Below are positions 27,601 to 41,300 of a DNA stretch of 64,000 bases, piece by piece; within the stretch, counting starts at the first letter, position 1; every line of letters starts with the position of its first letter. Under the pieces are notes generated by a model, which searched no databases, was not told the DNA's origin, and saw nothing but the letters and a program-made list of their open reading frames with translations. The position numbers and the translations under genes were made by a program. The stretch comes from Diadema antillarum (Eukaryota): NCBI RefSeq assembly GCF_040938485.1, contig NW_027271069.1, positions 992,001 to 1,056,000 of the forward strand, in the 5' to 3' direction.

Positions 27601-30600
27601 GGAAAAGCACTGTTAATCATTTTATGGTACTTTTCTAAATCAGGCAGGATTTCTTCCTTCCCAGTATTTCTTAGAATCTTTACCATGCGCTATTTGTAAT
27701 AGATAAATGCTTTTGCATATTAAGTGGAATAAATGGAATCACTCATCACTGCTCATATTCTTACATTGCTCATCTTATTTGCACCTACTTCTTAGCATTT
27801 CATTGACTTTGGACAATATGTACAATGCTATAGGGGTTTTAGTACCAATCTACATTCAAAGCACACAAAGTGTTAGGTATCAATCTTGAGAATTACTGTA
27901 AAAGTGGAAATTTTCGCGGTGTTGAAATTTTCGCACATTTCACGCAATCAGAAAGTAGCGCGAAAATAAAAGCACGCAAATATTATTGCTTGCCATACGT
28001 TCCTGTGCGTGATGTCTTGATTCCACGGAATTAAAAACACGCGAAACTCTTCTCACCCGGCCAAGCGCAAAAAAATTAGTCGCGCGAAAATATCCACTTT
28101 TACAGTACTCAGGAAAAAGGCTTCAGACAGCTGTAAGATTACAGTATCAGCCCAAATATTCTCTCTACCTCTCACTCAGATTAGCTCTCATGTTTTGTTT
28201 TTTTCACAGAACAAAGATAAGTACATATGTCTTGTCGTAGTACTTAGCAACCCTTCTCACTCTCTCTTGATCTCGTACTGTTCCTGTCTTTTCTTGCTTT
28301 TCATTTTTTTTTTTATAGATTTATTCCAACCTGCGACACGAATGTGAGATTTCACAAGACCAGGGCATGCTGTGCTCATTCAGCCTGTAGAAAAGTCTTC
28401 CAAAGTGCATTGCCAGTGGTAGGGAAAGCATTGTAATATGACAGCATAAGGCCTAAATTCCTTGCTTCTCACTATAAAATTAAAAAAAAATTGTGATGAT
28501 GAATAAATACAGTATAGATGAATAGAGAAGAATGAAAAATGAAAACAACAGGAGACAAAACAACAGGAGACAAAACAACAGGAGACAAAACAACAAGGAA
28601 ACAGCTGGAATTTTATCTATATAGCTGTCTTATCTTTGCTGAAATGTTTTGTGAGTTCTTTTGAGATCTGTGACAAAGATCCTTGGCATTTGGCAAATCA
28701 CTAATCTAGGGATTCTTTAATCCTCATGTGGAGGATCTTGCTCACTTAAACCTTCTTTCAGATGAACTTTCAGCCGAACAACCAATGCAGCAGAGGTTTT
28801 CTTTGATGTCGTTATTTGTTTGTGTTTATTTCTCCTTAAGCAAAAGAAATGGCAAGTGTAAATCTTCAAAACAACAGTATATGATGCATTGGTGTCTGTA
28901 TAATGCTAACATCATAAAAGAGAATATATGAGGGTATATTTGATATCACATTACAATCAAGCAGTGATGTCGTAGTTAAAGTACAAAACTTGATACACCT
29001 TAATTTCCCTGGTATCATTACGTCTTAATGATCTTTTGCGGCATCTGCATTTCTGCTGACTTTCATACTTTCAGCAAGCCATCGTACCAATGATGCAAAT
29101 TCATTTTAAAGCTTGAAGTACGGTGTTTACCTCCAAACCTCTGTCACTTTGTAGTCATGGATATATTCTAACAGAGTACATTTATACTTCGTTCCCATAG
29201 TGTAGCAAGTTTTTTTAATGCATTCATGCGGTAATGTGTTTGGTCAGTTTTCCGCTGCCCTCCCCCCCCCCCCCCCCCCTCGATGTCTGATGGTCTGTTG
29301 AGAGTTCTGTCTGCCCAAGAAAAACGGCCGCTGAAGTCTCCTCCTAACTGCTCCTTTTCCTGACATAAAAACCATCATCTTTTTCCTCTCATCATGTCTG
29401 GATGGAAGGATGCGAGTGACCTAATTTGGGTTTTTACGATTACGTCTAGTCCAGGAAGGACTCGCGGATCTTTTCTTGGTAGACAGGTTAATGAAGGTGA
29501 GCAAATAAAAACTGCCGCGTCTTCTTCATCGTGGTTGCCGTGGTGACGTTTGTCATCATAGCTTGTTTGCACACCTCCAAACTTTGTACACACGTGCAAA
29601 CATTTGATAAGGAGTCTGATAGGAAGCGATTCAAATGTGGGTCTATAATTTATCGATTGCTCCCTTTCCCAAGTCCATCTAAATTTCCATTTCTATCAGG
29701 TGTCCCTTGTCTAGTGAAGCACACATGTGACAACATTGAAATAACAAGGATGTACACATTCAAGCATAAGTGTATCTGATCCCTCCCATATTCTATGTTT
29801 TTATATGGTTATGTTCCTTGAAAGAAACATTTGTCATGCCTGTATCAATCCATGAAGATTAGTTACACAATTTACTTCAAAAATTGCAAAATTGTACTTT
29901 TTTTAGACAAATCAATGGCATGTCTGAAAATGGATTGCAGAGTAATCAGATTAAGCGACATTGGATTCTGTGATATAATATCTGCCAGACATTTTACGAG
30001 CATAATCTTTTGCGAATCAGGACTTGCAGGACAATTTCAAGAGTAGTTGAAATTGTGATCGAAAAGCCCCAGGAATGATATGTGAAATCGGAGTATTATC
30101 TCTTTTCCAAAGAAAAGTTAGCATTTTGTTTGTTTTTTTTCCCCTCTGGAGACAATATGCATTGCTGTGTCTGTCAGGCAACATGATTGTGAGTTGTTAA
30201 TTTGGCGAATACATTGTATCAGGCAACTGATGAAATTTGTAAGAATAAAAACACTGCCAAATAAATAGCACATACAGTACATGACTGTGTGTGCCCTCAC
30301 AGATGCAAGCAAATCAGGCCACCAAACAGCTACAAAATTGTTGCTTATGGCCATAGAATGTAAATCATCTATTTAATGGGAACTTGAATGTTTTTCAAGC
30401 CTCCAGAAAACTTGCTTGAGCTCTTATTTCTAGATAGTCTTAGTTCCAGCCATTTCTTTCTCACTGAGTCATTTATTAAACATGATTGATAATATACGTT
30501 TATGTATCTAAAAGGGTATGATGCATAGGAATAGATGTGTAAGGTTGAGATTGAAATTGATTTCTTCCATTTTTATTTTGTTTTGTTTTTATTTTCCTGG

Positions 30601-32292
30601 TAAAATAGTGAGCTTTATACGGGAAAGTGATAATTGAAGATAAAATGTCTGTAATTCATACCCTGGCAGATGCTTTTGAGTCTGGCATAAAGAAAAAAAA
30701 ATGTGGGTTTGTTTGTTTGTTTGTTTGTTTGTTTTTTTGGGGGGGTTGTATGTGTGTGAAGGATTGCAGGTCATATTGAATGGGCATGATAAGGAATTAC
30801 TGAATTACTCTCCTCAAGCAACAGTTCCAAAATAGTGAACTTTAATACATAGGCTACACTGTACATTTATGTTTTGATGAAATGATCATTGAAGCTTTAA
30901 AGTAGCACTTTGTTTGAGAATGCCAGAACTAGTGGAAAGTTCATGTACCTTGGTTAGTGCTTGAATTTCAGTTTGTTTCCCTTTCCCAATAAATGCCATT
31001 TACATTGCAGTCAAGAAATTAGGCCCAGATATCCTGTAATTGAATGCTTTAACTAATGTGATACATCATCATTGCTATCACCGATACATTTTATCCATTG
31101 GGTCCGGTCCCCTCTTAATTACTGGAAGTTCTTACCATTGACCCCTTATCCATGCCGGCAGGAGGCTTGAATTTCAGGTGTGCAGTCTTATTGGGGTGTG
31201 GTGTTCAGCCGAGTGTGAAACTTCCAAAATTTCTTGCTTACGAGGAGATGAAATTCGCAGTGACTTGTCAGTTTTGCCAGCCAGAGTACCGTTAGATGTG
31301 CAACGCAAAATATTGTGTTGCAGACGTCCACCTCTGCATTATCAGTTTACACTTTATCCAATTCAAAGTTGTCTACAGTCCCCCTCTATAATGCGATTTA
31401 TAGCTCGTTTTATGTCTAGTTTAACTTCCTGAAAAAGAGAGAAAGAAAGAAATTGGAGTCTCCTGAGCTATCAATGTCATATTTTGTGAGTTATGACTCT
31501 GTTGCTGCAGACATATAAAACTTAATATATCTGCCTTTTTGTTTAATGCAAATTTGCCCCATATTTCATTTTTACTCAACTTTATACCTGACTCTCCGTC
31601 AGTTTACTTCAGCTGGTTTTCTCATATCCTTCCTCTCCATACTTTATTTATTATTTTCCTTATTATCAAACAGAATAGAATCAACTGGCATGTGCAGACA
31701 TAGATAGTTAGAAAATTATATATAGCATTAATTTCTGAAATATGTTCCCTAGTTTCCTTTCTTTGAATAGCTTCAATTTTGTTTCATGCAGGAAGGTGTT
31801 ATCAGTCAAATTGAAGAGTCAGTGTGTGCAGGGATAAGTAATTAATGATTCAAAAATTGAATTAGTGGTCGGTGGCATGGTCTGGTGATAAAAATGAATC
31901 AACATGATGTGGACTATCCCTGGGGGTTTGGGGAGGCATGTAATTACTGCTGGTCCTCCTGCATTCTGCCCAGCCCCAAGAGCCGATGAAGACAGAATGG
32001 GCAGCGTATCGTTGGGGGATACCAACTGTGCAGCCAGCACAGAAATCAAGAATCTATATATGGGAGGGGGGATTTTGATGAGACATTGTGACATCCCTTA
32101 AACTTGTTGAAACTTATATTGTATGGCCTTTCTGAATTCTGAGATGCGTGGAAACAAAACATGGTCCTGAGTGCGTAAATCCTTGCGTTTGTAGCTGTAC
32201 TTCCACAGCGACTGTGGCCAAAATGCATTGAACTGGATATCTTTGAAAGGACATTTTCTGAAAGGAAACTGAGGTCTGGTGTTCCTCTCCCC

Positions 32293-32328
<36 letters not shown>

Positions 32329-35300
32329 TCCTCATTTTTTTTTTCTTGAAGGCATCACTTATAGAATATTCATGGAAATCTAAAGTGCAATATATAACTC
32401 AAAGGTTGTCAAAGATTGTTTGACAACTCCTGTGGAGATGATACATCCTGACGGACAGATGACCGAAACCGGACAATGCAGTCTCCCCTTCACCTCTTTT
32501 GTCAAAGTTTGTCAGATGTGAACACCGGCGGCTACTTTCTCATATCTTTTTTTCCCCTTTCTTCCTTCTTTCTTTTTTTTTTTTTTCAACCTTACATGAA
32601 AGCCTGAGAGGTGACACGTTGTTTGGCTGTTTGAGAAGCTGGAGTTGGGAGTCTTTGGTGTGGATAAAATTACTGAAATGAAACCGCGCCGAATCACAAC
32701 AGTATGTCAGTGGAAATTGAATTTTCGGGCTCAGGAAGGCGGGGAAATTGCCTGGATTCACTTTCATTTCTTCTAGGATCCTCTCTCTCCCTCCTCTCTA
32801 ACTCCTTCTCTTTTTCTCTCTCCCTCTGATCTCTTTCTCTGTATATTCTGTCCCAATCTCTTTTTCTCTTATCTCTGTACCTTTCCTCCTCTCTAACTGT
32901 CTATTCACCTTCTCTCATTCTCTCTCTATATATACTCACTTTATGCTTTCCTTCTTTCTTACTTTTGTGTATATATATATCTCTCTCTCTTCTATCTTCT
33001 CTCATTCCGTTTCTTATTCTGTGTTATCTTGATGTGAAATCTTCATGGGGGACATATGTAACTGCATCAAAATATCATTTCTTTTTGGGGTCATGCTGTG
33101 ATTATCAGAAGACAGTGTTATCAATCACTACATCTCCTAGTCTGTGTGGTTCATCCTCTATGCCATCTGCCCATTTAAACTCATTCGTGTAAAGGTAACC
33201 AACATCTTTAGTCTACTATCTGTATTCATTCATAGGTATTGACTTAGTATAAAGTTGAAGAATCTTTACTTTTGTGGGGTAATTCAACTTTCTTACTCTC
33301 TCGCTCTCTTCTACTCTGTTTCGTGGTCTCTCCATCTCGTTATCCTTTTATTTCTCAGCCTTTTCTCACTGGATGCAATACAGTATTGATCGGTTTACCT
33401 CTTCACCATGTAACATTGAAATGTTACCTTCTTCCAGTATTCCTCCCACGGTCATCTCACCATCTCCCATCTCTGTCTGGTTTTCACGTTCTGTCACTCT
33501 GTCTTACCATCTCCCTTCTTCACCGTCTGGCTGATTCTTTTTGTCTGTCCTTTAAAATCTCTCTCTCCCTCTCTCTCTGCCCTTGCCCTTGCCTCTCTTT
33601 CTTTGTGAGAGATGTTAAGTGTATTTTGGTGGTGAGAAAAGTATTTATAAGAGCCACCTTGAGCAGCGGTCCCTCGGCTGCACTCCCTCTCATCTCCTTT
33701 CAATTCAGCTCCCAAGTTTTTATTGTCTGCGTGCGGTGTACGCTTGCATCCTGGAGCCATCCTCCCACTGAATGCTGCGTGTGAGCGTCTTGTGAAAGGG
33801 ACCCTCCCTTCTTTCCTGCCTTCGGGGAATACAGGGTCAGCCCAACCCGTTTTTTTGTGCTCCCCAGTCGTCGATGAGCGTGGTTCTCGAAATGTTTGTC
33901 AGCCATGTTTTTCTCTATTTTTTGTTGCATCTATTGAACAGTCATCAGCCTCATTTCCTGGCCGAGAATTGATGCACCTCACATCAGCTGCCCAAACCCA
34001 GAAATGCCCAATCTATTTGTTCCTCTGCACAAAGTGAAACATGGTGTGTGTGTGTGTGTGTGTGCTTTACATTATTCAAAACCCGCTCCCAGGAGCTAAG
34101 GACTTCTACACAAACACTTCTGCAATGGCTACTCAAATGTGAACGTTGCATATTGTGAAAAATTGTTTGCAGACGTAGACTGGAATGGCATACAGTGTCC
34201 TCAACACACTGTCTTAACCCTTACTATGTTTTTGTTCGCTGACTGGCATGTTCACTGGTGTGCCTTCTCCCCCGATTGGCACAGATGTGTGGGAACTAAT
34301 TGTCAATTAATAGAAGTAGATTAACTAATCCTCCAAATCTCTTTTGTATCACCACTACCTTCCTGCTGGGCTGAGGTGCATTGCTACACATGAGTGTGCT
34401 TGCTAAATTTACAACTAGGTCATATTTGAATGGATTTCTGAATACTAATGAAAGTGCTTGGCAAATCATCCTCAGTGATTACCTGCAATTTTGTCAACTT
34501 TGATTAATAGTCAGGTAGGTAGCAAACTGTCAGCATTGTCTGGTGCAAATTCCTGTCACTGGAGTCACAAATTAGTACGTACAGGTATACATCTATGACA
34601 TCAATACTCTTCTTAATCCAGAGGCTGTTAACATTTGTATTTAAAGACATCCAACCTGTTCATCTTCATTGTTGCACTTATTATCCGTGTGTTGTGGGCC
34701 ACTGTTGCGTTTAGGTAAATTTGTGCAGTAATCCACAACAAGGCATTGTGATTGTTGACTCTTACTCTGAGTTTTAAAAATGTGAATTCACCCTGAATTT
34801 GATCTTGATGTTGTCCATTTTTTTCCCTCTCTTCCTGAAAGGCTTCCCTGGACGGATCGATCACGTTCAAGTTGATTCCGGCTGACATGGACACAAAAAA
34901 GAGCCAATACAGCCAGGTAAGGGTACAAAAAAATAATAAATGGTTGAAGTTTCAGTGATTATGTTTTCTCCAAGACAGAGAGATTGGATGTAGAACCTGT
35001 GAAGCAAAGGCAAAAGATATGTCAAATAGTGGAGTGAAATTAGACAATCAAGTGAAGCAAGTATTAGGTAGAAGAACAACTTTACATTTAATCATTTGAA
35101 ATTCTCAACACATCTAGCATGGTGCACTATCTGCACCTCAAAATAACCTCATTGATCATGCTGATATGGCAAAGCACGCACAGAAATCAATCTCACCAGT
35201 GTTGCAAAGCGACTGGATATGTTCTTAGCCCCAAGAGTAACATGAGGGAATCAATTTCCGCGGAGGATGTGTTACAACTTAGCGTCCTTGATGAATGTTG

Positions 35301-38300
35301 CGCAGAGTCATGACGTAGAAAAAAAAAATACATATATTCATATTTCTTTTTGTGTATGTGAGCTTGGAAACATTGAGACAGCTGTAGAACATGAAGTAGC
35401 TATCTGCCTGTGCATTGTGCCACTGAATGAGTTTGCATCTTGTAAGCATTAACATTGCAGCATGCTCCTCATAACACAATGAATTTTAACAACTGACTAG
35501 AAGTGATGATGGTTTGCTCAGTCTGTGTGAAAAAACAAGAGGTCAGGGGTCAAATCAGACAATGAATTGACCAATCTATTCAGTTTGGTTGCTTTCGTGT
35601 TCAACTCTTAATTTTTGGACTGAAATGCCTTTCACACAGACACTGTATGCTTCACTTTACTGTGCATTTTGTGGATTTTACATTATGGCAGTATTGTAGA
35701 AGTGGAAATTAGCCCTTAGCCACTGAGGCAGCAGCAGGCTCTTTGCAGTATTTGCTCAATTGCAATGACTGCCCACTAAATTGAGAATACACAAAATTCA
35801 TCATACCAGGCTGGCAAAAAAAAAATACTCTTGTGAAAATTACCACTTTCACAATAGTCCATGTTTCTAGTTATAGACTATAGCCCCCGGGAGAGATGTA
35901 TATTGACCAGGTGGGGATAAACAAAATGCAAGACATTAGAGAATGCCATGTAATATGCCAAGACAGCCATAGAGAGCTATTATTTGTCTTGAAATGGGAA
36001 ACTTGAGGATTCTTGTGCACATGTTGGTAAAGAAGCACCTATCTGGATTTCTCCTCTTCTTCTTCTTCTTCTTCTTTTTTCTTCTTCTTGAGCTCACCCT
36101 GAGCTTCAGGCTGGAAATAAATTTCTCAATTATCCTGTCCATTTGAAATTTTAGAGCCTTTTTGTTAAACTTTAAAGCCATCATGTTGGCCCTTGTATTG
36201 TAAAGCCTTATGTCATAAAGCCTTGTTGTTAATCTTTCAATTTTGTTAGATTTTCCAGAAAGGCCTTCTTCATTAACCCTTTAACTCCTGAGCTTTCATA
36301 CTTGGCTTTCAAAAGCCTTTAATTCTGATAAGCCTTTTCCATTCTCAAAAGCCGTTGAAACCCTTATATTCTTCAAAAGTTCTCTTTGTTTGACCTTTGA
36401 TTTACAGTACCATTTTTAACCTGACCATTTTCAGATCCTTGAAGGCCCTTCAATTACTTCTCTCTCTCTCTCTCACTAAATCAGTGAAGTACAAATAAGT
36501 AATTGCTTTACATAAGTTATGTGAAGAAGCATGAATGTCCATATGCCCCTGTGAAAAACTACTGACAATTTGGTATAGGATACCATCAAGGGGCACCATA
36601 GGGAAATGCATTCAAGTCAAATTTGCCCTGAAATGCAGGTGAGCGTGGAGCTCCCTTTAGGTCTGACTCCTTGTTTTTTATTTATTTCAGTCTACGTTTA
36701 CCAACACTATTCAAATTTTGTCAATTCTGGACACTAGTGGTTATGTTACAATAAGAGTTTTATCTCAAAATGAGGTAAATCTATTCTTGTTAAGTTAAGA
36801 TATTTATGATTAAGGCTGCTAAAAAATGCAAATGATAAGAAAATATGTGACCCTGCACCTCAAAACAAACAAAAAGTCGCCAGACAGGAATTTTTAGTGA
36901 AGACCATATTCTGAAAGAGCAGACTTTAAGCTTTAAAATGATGTATAACTCAAATCAAATGGACTCTCCTAACCTATCTAAATATTGGAAAGAAAGCACA
37001 AACTCAGGAAAAGTGTGAACTGAGAAAAGAGGCTCTGAAGTACAGTGTCTATTCAAGCGCTTAATCTTTACAAAACCGTGCTGGCTGTGCGATGAATGGG
37101 ACAAAAAACAGGAAGTAAACCACCAGAGTAACGACAATGAAGGGATTATCAGATTAAAATGAAATTAAGCATGCCTCATTAACACATTCTGTCCATAATT
37201 AATGCCAACTTTCAAAGCAGTAGCACAATCCTTTTAAAAGTTATTAGAGTTGAAAGTGAAGAGTGTGGACAAGGTTTTTCAGAAATGAAAAAGGGATTCT
37301 AAAGACACACCTAATCACACTATTCTACCAAAAATGTTCGAGATAAACTGCTAAAAAAAACACACTTTCCTGCCCGTTTTATGATACCAAATTTTAGCAT
37401 AATGTAAAAGAAGACCCGCTCTTTCAGAAAATATGAAAAAGTCAAGTTCGGGTAGGTTGACCCATTTCACTTATGTTCAGTCCTCACGCAAAATCAGTGC
37501 GTGCGACTTTATGTTCGTTTTGAGGTGCACGGTCACATATGGAATATATTTTATCATAACTTCTGGAATATTCCTTGTTATGTCACAAGTGAGGTATTAC
37601 AGGAAAGATTTAACTTTGCCCCATCTGATGATGGACATACTTTGAAATGTTTCAAAATGGCACTTATAGCCCATTTTTGCAATGAAGCTCTTGAGTGGTT
37701 GTTGTGTAACACGTACCTAGTTTTGTCATGGAAATATCATTTGTATGCACTCTCACTAATCACATGACCAATTTTTCCCCGATCAATCCCCGCACGTGGC
37801 CTGTCACTGCCCCGTCCGCTGGTTCCTCACCCTTCCCGCCTCCACCACCTCCACCTCCTCCTCCTCCTCTCCCCCATCACTGCACGTCACACAATAGCTG
37901 AACTTTCACAGCTCACCACTTCCTGCCTTGGGCGGCGCTGCTGCCAATGGGTCGGCAGCGGACTTCACGACCGTCGATGATGGAAAGAAGGTTTGTTTGC
38001 TTCGGACTAAACTCAGCCACTAACCAGCATGTTAAATCAGAGGCCTCTTCAGCTAGCATATACTGAATTTGGCTGTTGTAAAATTATGTGACCAGTTGCT
38101 ACTTTACCCAGATAAAGTCAAAGACAATTAAGCAGAGAAATTGAAATAAAAAATATAAGAAATCAAATTGTGCTTTATTCATTTGTTAAAATTGAAATAA
38201 CTCCTTGTCAAAATTACAGAGTTTAAAGATGTGTCAAAATTCTGTAACTATTTAGCTTGTTTGAAGCTTGTTCCAGGGGTGTTTGAAACTATCCTCTTCT

Positions 38301-41300
38301 TTAAATGCACTATTCCTTGCACCCTTCATCGTACCTACTCTCGAAGGCAATTATCGCCTATTTTTTCTGTCTGGAGGGCATCTTTCTTAACATTGTTCTG
38401 TGTAAGTTTAATATTAAGACCTGGTATATGATTTTATCAGCTTGGAATCTGGGTAATTCAAGAATATCAAAGTTGAGTAATTGCTTTTTGGTGATTAAAA
38501 TAGGCTTTCTTGGCAACAGGTCACATTTGAAATGGGACACTAAAGGTAAACATGTGTGGAAGGACAAAATATGTGTACCTCAACGCTTGCATCATGCATT
38601 TCATTAATTTTTGCATCTTCTATTGAATGAATTCCCATGTTAGACATTCATTTTAGCTTTTTGAAGGCTATGTACTAATGTACTAAGCAATATCACATCA
38701 CAGTTGTTGCTGATCATGAAATGTATTCTGCCGTGGCAACCTGTGGCGGGATTGTAATTACAAATGATTAGTTTTTGGTGATGTAGGCAGATTTTAGCTA
38801 CATTGGTCTGATAAAAATCATTGCCAGGAATGATATGCTAAAATGACTAAGCCTTCTGTGACTACGCTGTTCTGAATATGTTAGAGTAATCAGCTCCTTG
38901 TAGACCTGATTCTGTCTAAATTTTCCCCTCTGGTGAAATTATATTCTCCAGAGTTCTGAGTCATCACAAATAAAACAATTAATGAAGAAATATGCTGCAC
39001 TAGGCATTGGAATGGAATGGGAATCCTGGTGAGAAATGGGCTGTGGCACTGGAAGTGGAATGGGGATGGCAATCCTAGTGTGAAATGGGTTTTGGCACTG
39101 GAATGGTGATGGCAATCTTAGTGTCAAATGAGATAGCAATCCTAGTATGAGATGGGCTGTGTCATCAAAATGGGGATGGCAATCGTAGCGTGTAATGGGA
39201 TATCCATCCTAGTATGAAATGGGCTGTGTCACTGAAATGGGGCTGGCAATCCTAGTGTGAAATGGGCCTTACTTCACAATCCAGCATCTTCCTTAATGCC
39301 TGTTGTCCTCCCACCACTCTCCGTGCAGGTCAAAATGCGGGCCCACTTTGACTACGACCCGTACAAGGACGAGCTGAATCCGTGCCCGGACGCCAGCATC
39401 TCATTCCGCAAGGGGGACATCCTGCACATCGTGGACCAGGATGACCCTCACTGGTGGCAGGCTAAGAAACTGGGGGACAAGGGGCTCAGGGCTGGCCTCA
39501 TTCCTGGCAGACAGCTCCAAGAGAGGTCAGTGGGGTCAAGTCAATGATGTTATGCAATGAAGAGACTCCAAACCTTCCCGCTTTCGGCAGGAGATCTCCC
39601 TGCTTTTAGGCCATTGTCTCAAAATCGATACTGTAAAACATTAAATATTCGCGGCACGAAATTTTCGCGAATTGGAGCCGACGGCCTTTTTCGTGGCAAG
39701 AAATTTTCGCGAATTGCCTCTTGCGTTCAATGCATATAGTGTAGATAAGAAATTTCACGTACATTTTAATTTCGCGAATCTTGGCGCTCGCGAAATTCGC
39801 GAAATTAAAATGCACGCGAACATTTCTCATTTTACAGTATCTTCTGCTCTTTGACTTAAGAATGAAGTTCCCTTGCTCTGACTGTATGTCTCTCTCCTCA
39901 GATGCATTTCTCCCGCTTCATAATCATTCTCTCACCAAACTTAGTTTGTCATGTATGATTTTTTTTTTTAAAATAAATAAATACATAATGCTATGATAGC
40001 ACCAAAGAGTATCTACACAGATATAACCCTAGAACCTGGACCCCAGCTGCAAGTAACTTCGTGCTTGTGGTGTACACTACCGGCACATAATATTGTGAGC
40101 ATATTTACGTGATAAAAATTCCAGTTTGCTAGGGGGTCCAGGCTGGAGAATCTCTGGTTCAGGAGATGTCTATGGATGGAGAATCTCTTTCTCATTCCCA
40201 TATCCTTTCACTCCCAGGCAGCTATAAGAGATATCAAAGGTCAAGTTGGTACTTTACACTCTTGTTACAGCCTAGTAAATGTTTCATGATGTGATCATTA
40301 GTAACCATTGTATTTTAAGCTGGATAGGTTAGGGCAAAATTTCTGTTTAAGGATATGCAGTATTTTCAGGTCACAGTCAAATAACTGATACCTTTGGTTC
40401 TTGTTTTGATTTCTGATTTGTTGCTGCAGGAGACTTGCCAACAAACGTTCCACCGTCAATGGCAATCTAGGGAGCAATACTTCTCTGGATTTGTCATTCA
40501 AGAACAGTAGTAAGTACATCATTTGTTTGTTTGTTTGTCTGTCTGTCTGTCTGTCTGTTTGTTTGTTTGTTTGTTTCATTTTCCATCTAACAAGATGGCT
40601 GGTTAGATCGTATTCAGCTGCACTGGCTGATCTTTATGGGGTTCAGTTGTATGTGTGTGTGGAGGGGGGAGGGTGGAAGTGGAGCTGGGACCTCATCAAG
40701 AGGTTCATGTAGTATGCACCCTGCTCTTTGTGATGAATGAATGAAGCGGGGTCCTTTACGTGCATGGGTTGTGACTCTCTCACACATGGGATCTCCATTT
40801 TATGTCCTATCTGAGGGACAGAGTGTTTTGCCTCTTACCAGAAGGGACAGTATAAAACTACACAACATTGCTGAGCAAGACTCACCTGGACTTGAACCCA
40901 CACCCAAACCTGAGCCATTCAAATGAAAGGCAGATATGCTACCAACTAAGCCACCTCAATGTCCCAACTGAGGGTGCCAACTGAAGGTCTTCTGTTTTGT
41001 TTTTTAAGCCAATAGATGGATTTTTCTGCACATTGATTTATGTGGTCTCTTGTTTAAATTTCTTTGTTGCTCACAAGCACAATAGTAGTGTTTCATTAGA
41101 ATGCTTGCATTCTATCACAAATGATAGAAGGGTTTTGAGATTATTTACAGAGGTATGTCATGTGTGCACAGTTAAAATCTTGCTAGAGAAACGTTGTCAA
41201 TGAAATTGTATTACGTAAATGTGTAGATTGCCAGGTTTGTTCTGTATTTATCCTGGGATTGCTTATGTGCATGTTGGGATGTGGCGTTACTGCGTGAGCA

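Noticed and set aside
28319-28343. + strand candidate exon IYSNLRHE after a strong acceptor
   Set aside because: 25 nt would shift frame and interrupt the PDZ fold.
4595-32302. Numerous poly-C/poly-G runs as G-quadruplex regulatory elements
   Set aside because: Homopolymer runs are common in this type of genome and error-prone in assembly; no consistent position relative to exons.
33272-33784. 170-aa hydrophobic ORF
   Set aside because: Translation of CT-rich low-complexity DNA.
28542-39267. CRISPR-like arrays
   Set aside because: The tandem repeats have no unique spacers and the DNA is eukaryotic intron; no cas genes.
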